DNA of 64,000 bases from Candidatus Latescibacterota bacterium (GTDB lineage: Bacteria > Latescibacterota > UBA2968 > UBA8231), in assembly GCA_964291625.2 (NCBI GenBank), contig OZ220089.1:4032001-4096000 (forward strand). Direction: 5' to 3'. The translations under genes were made by a program, and so were the position numbers. Each line of letters starts with the position of its first letter. The stretch's first letter is position 1. Positions 56,201 to 64,000 of the stretch are shown here, one piece after another. The notes beneath the pieces were generated by a model. It was not told the DNA's origin and ran no database searches. It saw nothing but the letters and a program-made list of their open reading frames with translations.

Positions 56201-57102
56201 GGCCAGGGCGAGATCGCCGTGGGGTGGTTGTGGGTCTCCACCTTGCAGAGGATGTGGGTCTGCCGGCCGTGGTAGCGGTACCCGAAGCCGTCCCCGTCCG
56301 GGCGGAAGACCTCGGCGGCGAAGCCCTCGATGACCCCGGAGTTGTCCGAGTAGGCCTTCACCGTGTGCTCGGGGTGGCTGGCGTGGGTGTGGCGGATCAT
56401 GTCGAAGAGGGAGCGCTCCTGGCGCTCGCCGTCGACGACCCACGAGGCGTTGAAGATCTTGTGCCGGCAGTGCTCGGAGTTGACGTTGGCGAACATCACC
56501 AGCTCGACATCGGTGGGGTCGCGCCCCAGGCGGAGGTAGGTGTCGGCCAGGTAGTCGATCTCCCCGGGGGAGAGGGCCAGCCCCCAGCGGGCGTCGGCCT
56601 CCACGAGGGCTTCGCGCCCGTCGCGGCCGAGGGCCACCGACTGCAGGGGGCGGGGCTCGTGGCGCGCGAAGAGGCTCTCCGGGTCGGCGGCCACGGCTTC
56701 GATCATGCGGTCGTGGAGGAGGGGCCGCACCGGGTCGAGGTCGGGGCCGGAGGCGCCCTCGAAGAGGTAGCGGATGCCGCGCTCGAGGCGGTCCACCGAG
56801 GCGCCGCAGTTGAGGGCGATGTCGGTGGCCTTGCTCGACCAGGGTGAGATCGTGCCGGGCCGCGGGGTCACGAGGAGGGAGGACGGGGTGAGTTCGAAGG
56901 AGTCGCGGGCGGCCCCCGCGCCCAGGACCTCGCCGAGGCGGCGGACGGCCGTGGCCGCCGGCGGCTCGTCGAACCAGGCCATGTAGAGAAAGCGGGCCTC
57001 GAGACCGCGCACGCCGGGAGCGCAATCCCGGCAGCGCTCGAGCAGGGCCGCGCGGCGGAAGGGGGACAGCGCCGGCGGGCCGTCGAAGAGCTGGAGCGGC
57101 AT
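53245..57102 (-). CDS. purL: Phosphoribosylformylglycinamidine synthase (large single-chain PurL)
   Basis: NSEHCRHKIFN, KVETHNHPT, HDVGAGG, GKDSLSM, GGFSYGD, GVCNGCQ, MMPHPER. Confidence 0.97.
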   Translation of the reverse strand: MPLQLFDGPPALSPFRRAALLERCRDCAPGVRGLEARFLYMAWFDEPPAATAVRRLGEVLGAGAARDSFELTPSSLLVTPRPGTISPWSSKATDIALNCGASVDRLERGIRYLFEGASGPDLDPVRPLLHDRMIEAVAADPESLFARHEPRPLQSVALGRDGREALVEADARWGLALSPGEIDYLADTYLRLGRDPTDVELVMFANVNSEHCRHKIFNASWVVDGERQERSLFDMIRHTHASHPEHTVKAYSDNSGVIEGFAAEVFRPDGDGFGYRYHGRQTHILCKVETHNHPTAISPWPGASTGVGGEIRDEGATGAGARSQAGLCAFYVSHLRIPGWEQPWEAPVAEAPGRLASPLQIMTDGPLGGAAFGNEFGRPNVLGLFRTFEQVVDGRHRGYHKPIMVAGGSGLVDADQVEKAAPEAGDAVVQVGGPALLIGLGGSYASSMDTGSNLEELDFASVQRDNPEMQRRCQELIDRCAALGPENPIRSIHDVGAGGLSNACPELVEGAGAAFDLRAIPNDEPGMSPMELWSNEAQERYVLVVGAGRLERFREIAGRERCPIAVIGRVTGDGRLTLEDPLFGNRPVDGLPLEALLGKPPRMVRDVRRRPGRGGGLDLDGVDLAEAAGRVLRFPAVAAKSFLISIADRTVGGCVARDQMVGRWQVPVSDCAATLTGFRGHTGAVMAMGERTPVALVDGPAAARLAVAEAVTNLAAAPVGAIEKVKLSANWMCACGEEGEDAALFDTVRAVGLEFCPALGVSIPVGKDSLSMRAVWSDGAGEEHTVAAPLSLVVSAFAPVTDVRGIVTPELEPDGDTRLLLVDLGRGRDRLGGSCLAQVHGRLGEWVPDVEPADVRGLFAALQRLLAEGLLLACHDRSDGGLFTCAAEMAFAGRRGVRLRLAEGADPLAALFSEEIGVLVQVRAAHVDRVRAELAAHGVGEYVHDVGSPVEADAFEVFLGDAETPVYREDLGTLEQAWSELSFRMADQRDDPDCAREEHEAIADRADPGLTCRVPFDFGAPAVVDGRPPVAILREQGVNGQVEMAAAFDAAGCRSVDVTMTDLLAGRADLADFAGLAACGGFSYGDVLGAGAGWARTILFHDGLRRMFEGFFARGETFALGVCNGCQMLSLLSELIPGAEGWPRFTDNRSGQFEARLSAVEILPSTSVLLRGMEGARLPVPVAHGEGRAEFASPADLERLGAESRVSARFVDGRGTPASTYPSNPNGSPEGVTALASADGRVTIMMPHPERVFRVVQLSWRPPEWEDREFSPWLRMFQNAKEFAT

Positions 57103-57191
57103 CCGTGTTCCCGGGCGGGAGGCGGTGGGGGGAGGCGAGCCCAGAAGCTACGGGGGACGGAAGACGGGCTCAAGGCGCCGGGCGGCCCTTC

Positions 57192-57220
57192 TTTACCCCG
57201 TTTCCACCCGCCAGTATCTT
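57192..57220 (+). promoter_or_regulatory. Putative sigma70 promoter for sucA
   Basis: TTTACC-N17-TATCTT, 60 bp upstream of the ATG. Confidence 0.4.
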
Positions 57221-57279
57221 CCAGTCTCTTCTTGCAGTTACGCCCACCGCGCGGACCCGAGCGGCGCTCTCCACAGGCC

Positions 57280-60177
57280 ATGCCCCCCATCGATCTGAAC
57301 AGCGCCAACGCCGCCTACATCGAGGACCTCTACCAGCGCTACCTGGCCGATCCCGCCTCCGTCGATCCGGAGTGGGCCACCTTCTTCCGCGGCTTCGACT
57401 ACGGCTACCTGCGCGCCGAGGAGGAGGACGGAGAAGAGGGCACCGCCGCCGATGCGGCTCCCCCCCGGCGCGCACCGGAGCCCATCGCGCCGCCGCCCGC
57501 GCCCGTGCCGCCGGCCGGCCTCGAGCCCCGGGAGCAGCAGGGTCACCCGGACCACTCCAACCGGGACGCCATCGCCCTGGTGCGCGCCTACCGCCAGTGG
57601 GGCCACCACATCGCCCGCCTCGACCCCCTCGGCGACGATCCCGCCTCCCATCCGCTGCTGGAGCTCTCGGAGTTCGGCCTCAGCGAGGAGGACCTGGAGA
57701 AGGGCGCCGGCACCAGCACCTTCCGCCACGAGAGCGACGGCACCCTCGGCGGCCTGATCCGCCTGCTGCGCCAGACCTACTGCGGCAGCCTCGGCGTCGA
57801 CACCATGTCGACCTCCGACAAGGACCAGGAGGCCTGGCTCGAGGAGCGCGTCGAACCGATCCTCGGCCGCCTGGACTTCAGCCCCGAAGAGCGCTGCCGC
57901 ATCCTCTTCCTGCTGATCGAGGCGGAGGAGTTCGAGCGCTTCCTGCACACGCGCTACGTGGGGCAGAAGCGGTTCTCCATCGAGGGCGGCGACGCCCTGC
58001 TCCCCCTCCTGGACTCCCTCGTCGAGACCGGCAGCGGCCTCGGCGTCGAGGAGATGGTCATCGGCATGGCCCACCGCGGGCGGCTCAACGTCCTCGCCCA
58101 CATCCTGCACAAGCCCTACGAGGTGATCCTCGCCGAGTTCGAGGGCGCCTCCCGGGCCGAGGGAGCCGAGGACGAGGGCGACGTCAAGTACCACCAGGGT
58201 TACTCGTACGACTTCGTCACCTCCCACGGCCGCAAGATGCACCTCTCCCTGAGCCCGAACCCCAGCCACCTGGAGCTGGTGAACCCGGTCATCGAGGGCA
58301 TGGTGCTGGCCAAGCAGGACTACCTGCAGGACCAGAAGGAGCGCAGCAGGGTCGTGCCCCTGCAGATCCATGGCGAGGCCGCCTTCACCGGCCAGGGCAC
58401 GGTGGCCGAGACCCTGAACCTGGCCCAGCTCGAGGGCTACTGGAACGGCGGCACCATCCACGTCATCATCGACAACCAGCTGGGCTACACGGCCACCCCC
58501 GGGGAGACCCGCTTCACCCGCTACGCCACCGACATCGCCCGCCAGATCGAGGCGCCGGTCTTCCACGTCAACGCCGACGACCCCGAGCAGGTGGTCCACG
58601 CCGCGCGCCTGGCCATCGGCTTCCGCCAGGAGTACAAGCGCGACGTCCTCATCGACCTCAAGTGCTACCGCCGCCACGGGCACAACGTGGCCGACGACCC
58701 CACCCTCACCTCGCCGCGCATGTACCGGCAGATCGCCGCCCATCCCACGGCGACCGCCATCTACGCGGCCCGGCTGATCGAGGCCGGCGTGATCACCGCC
58801 GAGGAGGTGGACGAGATGCGGGCCCACGTGCAGGAGGCCATGGAGCGCTGCCAGGAGAAGGCCCGGCGCCTCAAGGTGAAGCCGCGGACCAACACCTTCG
58901 GCGGCATCTGGCAGGGCATGACCTGGGCCGGTCCCGACTGGCATGCCGAGACCGGCGTCAGCCGCCGCACCCTCGAGCGCATCGACGAGTTGGCCGGGCG
59001 CGTGCCCGAGGGTTTCCGGGTGCACCGCACCGTGGCGCGGATCAACGCCGCCCGCCGCGAGATGGCCGCCGGCGAGCGTCCCGTCGACTGGGGCGCCGCC
59101 GAGATGCTCGCCTGGGGCAGTCTGCTCCTCGAAGGCGTGCCGGTGCGCCTCGCCGGGCAGGACTCCCAGCGCGGCACCTTCGCCCACCGCCACGCCGTCT
59201 GGCACGACACCGAGACCGGCGCCCGGCACGTGCCCCTGGCGCACCTGTCCCCGCGCCAGGGGGAGTTCGTCGCCCTCAACACCATGCTTTCCGAGCTCGC
59301 CGTCCTCGGCTTCGAGTACGGCGTCAGCTCCGCCGACCCGCGGCGGCTGGTCATGTGGGAGGCCCAGTTCGGCGACTTCGCCAACGGCGCCCAGCTCGTC
59401 ATCGACCAGTACATCTCCAGCGCCGAGGCCAAGTGGCACCGCATGTGCGGCCTCGTCCTGCTGTTGCCCCACGGCTACGAGGGCATGGGGCCCGAGCACT
59501 CCAGCGCCCGCCTGGAGCGCTACCTGCAACTGTGCGCCAAGAACAACATGCAGGTCGTCTATCCCACCACCCCGGGGCAGATCTTCCACGTCCTGCGCCG
59601 GCAGATGCACCGCAACTTCCGCAAGCCCCTGGTGGTCATGACCCCCAAGAGCCTGCTGCGCCACAAGAGCTGCGTCTCCGACATCGACGAGCTCGCCACC
59701 GGCGGCTTCCGCAACGTCATCGACGACGGCAGCGCCGAGCCCGACTCCGTCCGCCGCCTCATCCTGTGCACGGGCAAGATCTACTACGACCTGCTCGCCG
59801 AGCGCGACGAGAAGGGGCTCGACGAGGTCGCCCTGGTGCGCCTCGAGCAGCTCTACCCCTTCCCGGAGGCCGAGCTGGCCGAGGCCATCGGCCGCTACCC
59901 CAAGGCCGAGAAGTTCCTGTGGGTGCAGGAGGAGGCCCTCAACATGGGCGCCTGGTACTTCGTGCAGCCACTGCTCGACGAGCTGCTCCCGGAGTCGGCG
60001 GAGCTGGGCTACGTCGGCCGCGACGAGGCCGCCAGCCCGGCCGTGGGCGACGCCGGCCAGCACCAGACCGAGCAGCACGAGATCGTCGAGAAGGCCCTCG
60101 ACCCGGCGGGCAAGGAGCTGCGCATCGACGCGGCCCCCTCCGCCCGAAGGGCCGCGGGCGCCGACGCCGGCAGTTGA
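57280..60177 (+). CDS. sucA: 2-oxoglutarate dehydrogenase E1
   Basis: [59 protein letters not shown]. Confidence 0.95.
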   Translation: MPPIDLNSANAAYIEDLYQRYLADPASVDPEWATFFRGFDYGYLRAEEEDGEEGTAADAAPPRRAPEPIAPPPAPVPPAGLEPREQQGHPDHSNRDAIALVRAYRQWGHHIARLDPLGDDPASHPLLELSEFGLSEEDLEKGAGTSTFRHESDGTLGGLIRLLRQTYCGSLGVDTMSTSDKDQEAWLEERVEPILGRLDFSPEERCRILFLLIEAEEFERFLHTRYVGQKRFSIEGGDALLPLLDSLVETGSGLGVEEMVIGMAHRGRLNVLAHILHKPYEVILAEFEGASRAEGAEDEGDVKYHQGYSYDFVTSHGRKMHLSLSPNPSHLELVNPVIEGMVLAKQDYLQDQKERSRVVPLQIHGEAAFTGQGTVAETLNLAQLEGYWNGGTIHVIIDNQLGYTATPGETRFTRYATDIARQIEAPVFHVNADDPEQVVHAARLAIGFRQEYKRDVLIDLKCYRRHGHNVADDPTLTSPRMYRQIAAHPTATAIYAARLIEAGVITAEEVDEMRAHVQEAMERCQEKARRLKVKPRTNTFGGIWQGMTWAGPDWHAETGVSRRTLERIDELAGRVPEGFRVHRTVARINAARREMAAGERPVDWGAAEMLAWGSLLLEGVPVRLAGQDSQRGTFAHRHAVWHDTETGARHVPLAHLSPRQGEFVALNTMLSELAVLGFEYGVSSADPRRLVMWEAQFGDFANGAQLVIDQYISSAEAKWHRMCGLVLLLPHGYEGMGPEHSSARLERYLQLCAKNNMQVVYPTTPGQIFHVLRRQMHRNFRKPLVVMTPKSLLRHKSCVSDIDELATGGFRNVIDDGSAEPDSVRRLILCTGKIYYDLLAERDEKGLDEVALVRLEQLYPFPEAELAEAIGRYPKAEKFLWVQEEALNMGAWYFVQPLLDELLPESAELGYVGRDEAASPAVGDAGQHQTEQHEIVEKALDPAGKELRIDAAPSARRAAGADAGS

Positions 60178-60223
60178 GGGCCGGCCCGAAAGGCGTCGGA
60201 CACACCCTGACAGAGGATCGTTG

Positions 60224-61645
60224 ATGGCAGTCGAGGTCGTCGTACCCCAGATGGGGGAATCGATCAGCGAGGTCGTCCTCCTGGAGTGGCTCAAGGCCGG
60301 CGGCGAGTACGTGGAGAAGGGCGAGCCGATCTGCGTGCTCGAGACGGACAAGGCCAACGTCGACCTGCCGGCGCCGGAGGCCGGCCAGCTGCAGCCGCTG
60401 AAGGAGGTCGACGCGGCGATCGCCGTGGGAGAGGTGATCGCCAGCATCGAGGCGGGGGAGAAGCCGGCCGCCGCCGAAGAGGGGGTGTCCGCCGAGGCGG
60501 CCGCCGCGCCCCCTGATCCCGCCCCCGAGGCCCCGGCCGCGCCCGCCGCCAGGGGATCGGCCCTGAGTCCGGCGGTGCGCCGCCTGGTGCAGGAGAGCGC
60601 CGTCGACCCGTCGCGCATCGAGGGCACCGGCCGCGGCGGACGGCTGATCAAGCAGGACGTGCTGAACTACCTGAAGAGCCGCGAGGCGGACGGTGAGCCT
60701 GCCAAAGTCGACGAACCCGCCGGCGCGGCAGCCGGGCCCTCCACGGCGCCCGGCGCCGCCCCCGCCCCTGCGGCCCCCGAAGCTGCCCCACCGCCCGCGG
60801 CCCCCGCAGCTCCCGACGCGGCGGCACCTGCGCCCCGGGCGCCGGCCCCCGCGGCCCCCGGGACAGCACCCGCGCCTCCGGCCCCCGCGCGCCAGACGCG
60901 GGAGGAGCCCTCGCCGCCACCGGCTCCGGCACCGGCCGCCGAGGCCCCGGGCGAGCGCCGCGAGCCCATGTCCCGCATCCGCAAGCGCATCGCCGAGAGG
61001 CTCACCGAGGCGCAGCGGGTGGCGGCGATGCTCACCACCTTCAACGAGGTCGACCTGACCGAGGTGATGGCCCTGCGGGCGCGCCACAAGGAGCGCTTCC
61101 AACAGAAGCACGGCGTCTCCCTCGGCCTCATGTCCTTCTTCTCCCGGGCCTCCGTCGTCGCCCTGCGCGAGATCCCCGCCCTCAACGCCCGCATCGAGGG
61201 GGACGAGATCGTCTACCAGGAGTACGTCAACCTCGGCATCGCCGTCTCCACCGAGCGCGGCCTCCTGGTGCCCGTGGTCCGCGGCGCCGAGAGCCTCTCC
61301 ATGGCCGGCATCGAGTCGGAGATCAAGCGCCTCGCCGCCGCCGCCCGGGAGGGCGGGCTGGCCCTCGACGACCTGTCGGGAGGGACCTTCACCATCACCA
61401 ACGGCGGCCTCTTCGGCTCGATGATGTCGACGCCGATCCTGACCCCGCCCCAGACCGGCATCCTCGGCATGCACGCCATCAAGGACCGCCCCGTCGCCGT
61501 CGACGGCCAGGTCGCCGTCCGTCCCATGATGTACCTGGCCCTGACCTACGACCACCGCCTCGTCGACGGCGAGCAGTCGGTCCGCTTCCTGGTGCGCGTC
61601 AAGGAGCTTCTCGAAGACCCCGCCCGCCTGGCCCTGGAGATCTGA
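60224..61645 (+). CDS. sucB: Dihydrolipoamide succinyltransferase E2
   Basis: [14 protein letters not shown] lipoyl site, [21 protein letters not shown]. Confidence 0.95.
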   Translation: MAVEVVVPQMGESISEVVLLEWLKAGGEYVEKGEPICVLETDKANVDLPAPEAGQLQPLKEVDAAIAVGEVIASIEAGEKPAAAEEGVSAEAAAAPPDPAPEAPAAPAARGSALSPAVRRLVQESAVDPSRIEGTGRGGRLIKQDVLNYLKSREADGEPAKVDEPAGAAAGPSTAPGAAPAPAAPEAAPPPAAPAAPDAAAPAPRAPAPAAPGTAPAPPAPARQTREEPSPPPAPAPAAEAPGERREPMSRIRKRIAERLTEAQRVAAMLTTFNEVDLTEVMALRARHKERFQQKHGVSLGLMSFFSRASVVALREIPALNARIEGDEIVYQEYVNLGIAVSTERGLLVPVVRGAESLSMAGIESEIKRLAAAAREGGLALDDLSGGTFTITNGGLFGSMMSTPILTPPQTGILGMHAIKDRPVAVDGQVAVRPMMYLALTYDHRLVDGEQSVRFLVRVKELLEDPARLALEI

Positions 61646-61647
61646 CC

Positions 61648-63027
61648 TTGGCCGGCCGCTCCTGCGACCTCGTCGTCATCGGCGCCGGCCCCGGCGGCTA
61701 TGTGGCCGCGGCGAGGGCCGCCGACCTGGGCATGAAGGTCGTCTGCGTCGACCGCGGCTGGCTCGGGGGGACCTGCCTGCAGGCCGGCTGCATACCGAGC
61801 AAGGCCCTGCTGGAGGCCAGCCACCGTTGGGCGGAGTTGAGGGACGGCCTCGACGACCACGGCATCCTCGCCGGCGACCTGCGCCTCGACCTGGCGCAGA
61901 TGATGAAGCACAAGCAGGGCATCGTCGGCCGCATGACCAAGGGCGTGGCCAGCCTCTTCAAGAGCAAGGGCGTCGAGTACGTGGAAGGCGAGGCCCGTCT
62001 CGCGGCGGCCGGACGGGTCTCGGTGGAAGGCGCCGGGGAGATCGAGGCCGCCCGGGTGCTGATCGCCACCGGGTCCTCGCCCGCGGAGCTGCCCGACCTG
62101 CCCTTCGACGGTCAGCGGATCCTCGGCTCCGAGGAGGCCCTCTCCCTCGATGCCGTGCCCGAGCGGCTGGCCGTCATCGGCGCCGGCGCCATCGGCCTGG
62201 AGATGGGCTCGGTCTGGAGCCGCCTCGGAGCCGCCGTGGAGGTGGTCGAGTACCTCGATGTTGTGCTGCCCGGCGCCGACGGCGAGGTCTCCAGGCAGCT
62301 GGAGCGCACCCTCAAGCGCCAGGGCCTGAAGTTCCACCTGTCGACGCGGACCACCGGGGCCGAGGCCGGCGACGGCGGGGTGCGCCTGCACCTGGCGTCG
62401 AGGGAGGACGAGAAGCCTTCAACCGTCGAGTGCGACCGCGTCCTCGTGGCCGTGGGCCGCCGGCCGCACACGGAGGGCCTCGGTCTCGAGGAGGCCGGCG
62501 TCGACCGCGACCGTTCCGGCTTCGTCACCGTCGACGAGGACTACCGCACCAGCGTCGACGGGATCTACGCCATAGGCGACGTCACACCCGGACCGATGCT
62601 GGCCCACAAGGCCGAGGCCGAAGGTGTGGCCGCCGTGGAGCGCATGGCCGGCATGGGATCGAGCGTCAACTACGGGGCCATCCCCAACGTCGTCTACACC
62701 CACCCCGAGGTCGCCTCCGTGGGCCTCACCGAGGAGCAGGCAGGCGAAGCCGGCCACGAGGTGAAGACCGGACGCCATTCCTTCCGCGCCAATGCCCGGG
62801 CCCACACCATGAACGCCCCCGAGGGCTTCGCCAAGGTCGTGGCCGAGGCCGGCAGCGACCGCCTGCTGGGCGTGCACATCCTCGGCGCCCAGGCTTCGCA
62901 CCTGATCGCGGAAGCGGTGGTGGCGTTGGAGTTCGAGGCCAGCGCCGAGGACCTGGCGCGCACGGTGCACGCCCATCCGAGTTTGTCGGAAGTGGTGAAG
63001 GAGGCCGCGGCGGCGGTGAGTCACTGA
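61648..63027 (+). CDS. lpdA: Dihydrolipoamide dehydrogenase E3
   Basis: GAGPGGY, GGTCL..GCIPSK, MLAHKA, HPSLSE. Confidence 0.95.
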   Translation: MAGRSCDLVVIGAGPGGYVAAARAADLGMKVVCVDRGWLGGTCLQAGCIPSKALLEASHRWAELRDGLDDHGILAGDLRLDLAQMMKHKQGIVGRMTKGVASLFKSKGVEYVEGEARLAAAGRVSVEGAGEIEAARVLIATGSSPAELPDLPFDGQRILGSEEALSLDAVPERLAVIGAGAIGLEMGSVWSRLGAAVEVVEYLDVVLPGADGEVSRQLERTLKRQGLKFHLSTRTTGAEAGDGGVRLHLASREDEKPSTVECDRVLVAVGRRPHTEGLGLEEAGVDRDRSGFVTVDEDYRTSVDGIYAIGDVTPGPMLAHKAEAEGVAAVERMAGMGSSVNYGAIPNVVYTHPEVASVGLTEEQAGEAGHEVKTGRHSFRANARAHTMNAPEGFAKVVAEAGSDRLLGVHILGAQASHLIAEAVVALEFEASAEDLARTVHAHPSLSEVVKEAAAAVSH

Positions 63028-63048
63028 AGGATTGACAGGGGAGATCGA

Positions 63049-63633
63049 ATGTCACGACAATGCCATCGCCGAAGGAAATACCCAGCCGACGCGGGAGTAC
63101 CAAGGGAGACCCCTTTGTCCTCTTTTTGTCCTCTTGTCGGGTTCATCGCATTCGCGAGCTTGCTGATCCCCGCCACGACTGTGTTTGGGACGGAGCCTCC
63201 CAGCCAGCGCGTTGGATTCGTAGCCGGGTCGACCTATGGAGTCGGCCTGAGCTACAGCCGTCAGAACCACACGACGGGCGTTTCCTGGCAGGTCTCGGGA
63301 TTCCCGATGTGGCTCGAAGAGGATCGCCTTCTGTATGGTGGGTTCACCCTCTTCAAGACTCTCCACCAGGGCCACGGAGATGGCCTGTTCCGTCTGTTCC
63401 TCTCTGGAGGGGGCGCGGTATACTACAGCTGGCACGAAGACTACCCGGAAGACGACGAGAGCCTCTCCATCATGTTCGGACCTGGCGTAGGGTTGGAGCT
63501 GCGCCTTGGGCCCTTTGATGTCTCCGCGGGTTTGCCCATCGCGATGGTACTTACGGACGACAAGTCAAACAGAGAGACCAGATTCGAGATTGTCCCCTAC
63601 ATTCCCAATGTGGCGTGCTTCTACAGGTGGTAG
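63049..63633 (+). CDS. Hypothetical exported protein, outer-membrane beta-barrel-like (lower GC); start uncertain
   Basis: Hydrophobic leader, alternating beta strands (GVGLSY, GPGVGLEL), C-terminal aromatic residues FYRW. Confidence 0.55.
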   Translation: MSRQCHRRRKYPADAGVPRETPLSSFCPLVGFIAFASLLIPATTVFGTEPPSQRVGFVAGSTYGVGLSYSRQNHTTGVSWQVSGFPMWLEEDRLLYGGFTLFKTLHQGHGDGLFRLFLSGGGAVYYSWHEDYPEDDESLSIMFGPGVGLELRLGPFDVSAGLPIAMVLTDDKSNRETRFEIVPYIPNVACFYRW

Positions 63634-63671
63634 GCCTCAACCCCCCATCCCCCAAGCAGGGAGCAAGAACC

Positions 63672-64000
63672 ATGCAGAGCAGGCTGTTTGCATGTGCCGG
63701 CCGGATCGCGATGGCGTGTGCAGTCCTGGGAACGTTCGGATGCGCGACCATCCTCACGGGCACCTCGACTCCGGTAAGCATCAACTCGAGTCCGGGCAGT
63801 GCCAAGGTGGAGATCGAGAGGTTGGATGGAGTTCCCATCGAGCAGGGCCTGACGCCCATGACTGCCACGCTGGCCAAGGGCAAGGAGTACAAGGTCACCA
63901 TCAGCCTTGACGGCTATGAAGCCGAAACCGTTCAGGTCCTGAAGGGCGGCCTTGAAGGCGCCGTATTCGCCAACCTGCTCTGTGGCGGGATTCCGGGTTT
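63672..64000 (+). CDS. PEGA-domain lipoprotein (runs off the window)
   Basis: MQSRLF...GCATILTGTSTPVSINSSPGSAKV...TP...LDGY. Confidence 0.7.
   Translation, partial: MQSRLFACAGRIAMACAVLGTFGCATILTGTSTPVSINSSPGSAKVEIERLDGVPIEQGLTPMTATLAKGKEYKVTISLDGYEAETVQVLKGGLEGAVFANLLCGGIPG

Noticed and set aside
53269-60651. Very long antisense or alternate-frame ORFs (e.g. 53269-56847 +, 57238-60651 -, 57105-60224 +)
   Set aside because: Shadow ORFs of purL and sucA caused by high GC3; no recognisable motifs.
60700-60960. Low-complexity Ala/Pro repeat
   Set aside because: Ordinary flexible linker of the E2 subunit.

Overview
High-GC bacterial window. Secreted proteins carry FlgD-like C-terminal domains, an SWGRVK tail and DFDxxGxVDFxDF dockerin-like ends, which suggests a Latescibacterota-like organism (inference). 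Left part: catabolic genes (sulfatase, Asp-box protein, PhyH dioxygenase, enolase-family enzyme, acetoin/pyruvate-DH-like E1a/E1b/E2, PfkB kinase, nitrilase), a hendecad/heptad coiled-coil membrane protein, a DUF1998 helicase-exonuclease fusion and a secreted peptidase/CstA cluster. Right part: purL, sucA-sucB-lpdA. A ~20 kb mosaic island (~31.1-51.3 kb) lies between a + strand enolase-family gene and a convergent aldo/keto reductase (AKR) gene. It mixes defence-type cargo (MNT-HEPN, caspase/CHAT-like protein, GmrSD-like DUF262/DUF1524, hsdR remnant, Apea-like HEPN, Schlafen/AlbA-HATPase) with catabolic genes. The main signal is that cargo repeatedly sits next to extra copies of the 3' ends of neighbouring protein-coding genes (enolase end three times, AKR end twice, SAF-oxidoreductase end twice, plus a 344-bp dipeptidase duplication). 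One copy adjoins two triplets of 10-bp direct repeats around an IHF-like site, yet no integrase or transposase is in the window. No rRNA, tRNA or CRISPR array was recognised. All family calls come from motif recognition by eye, not database searches.
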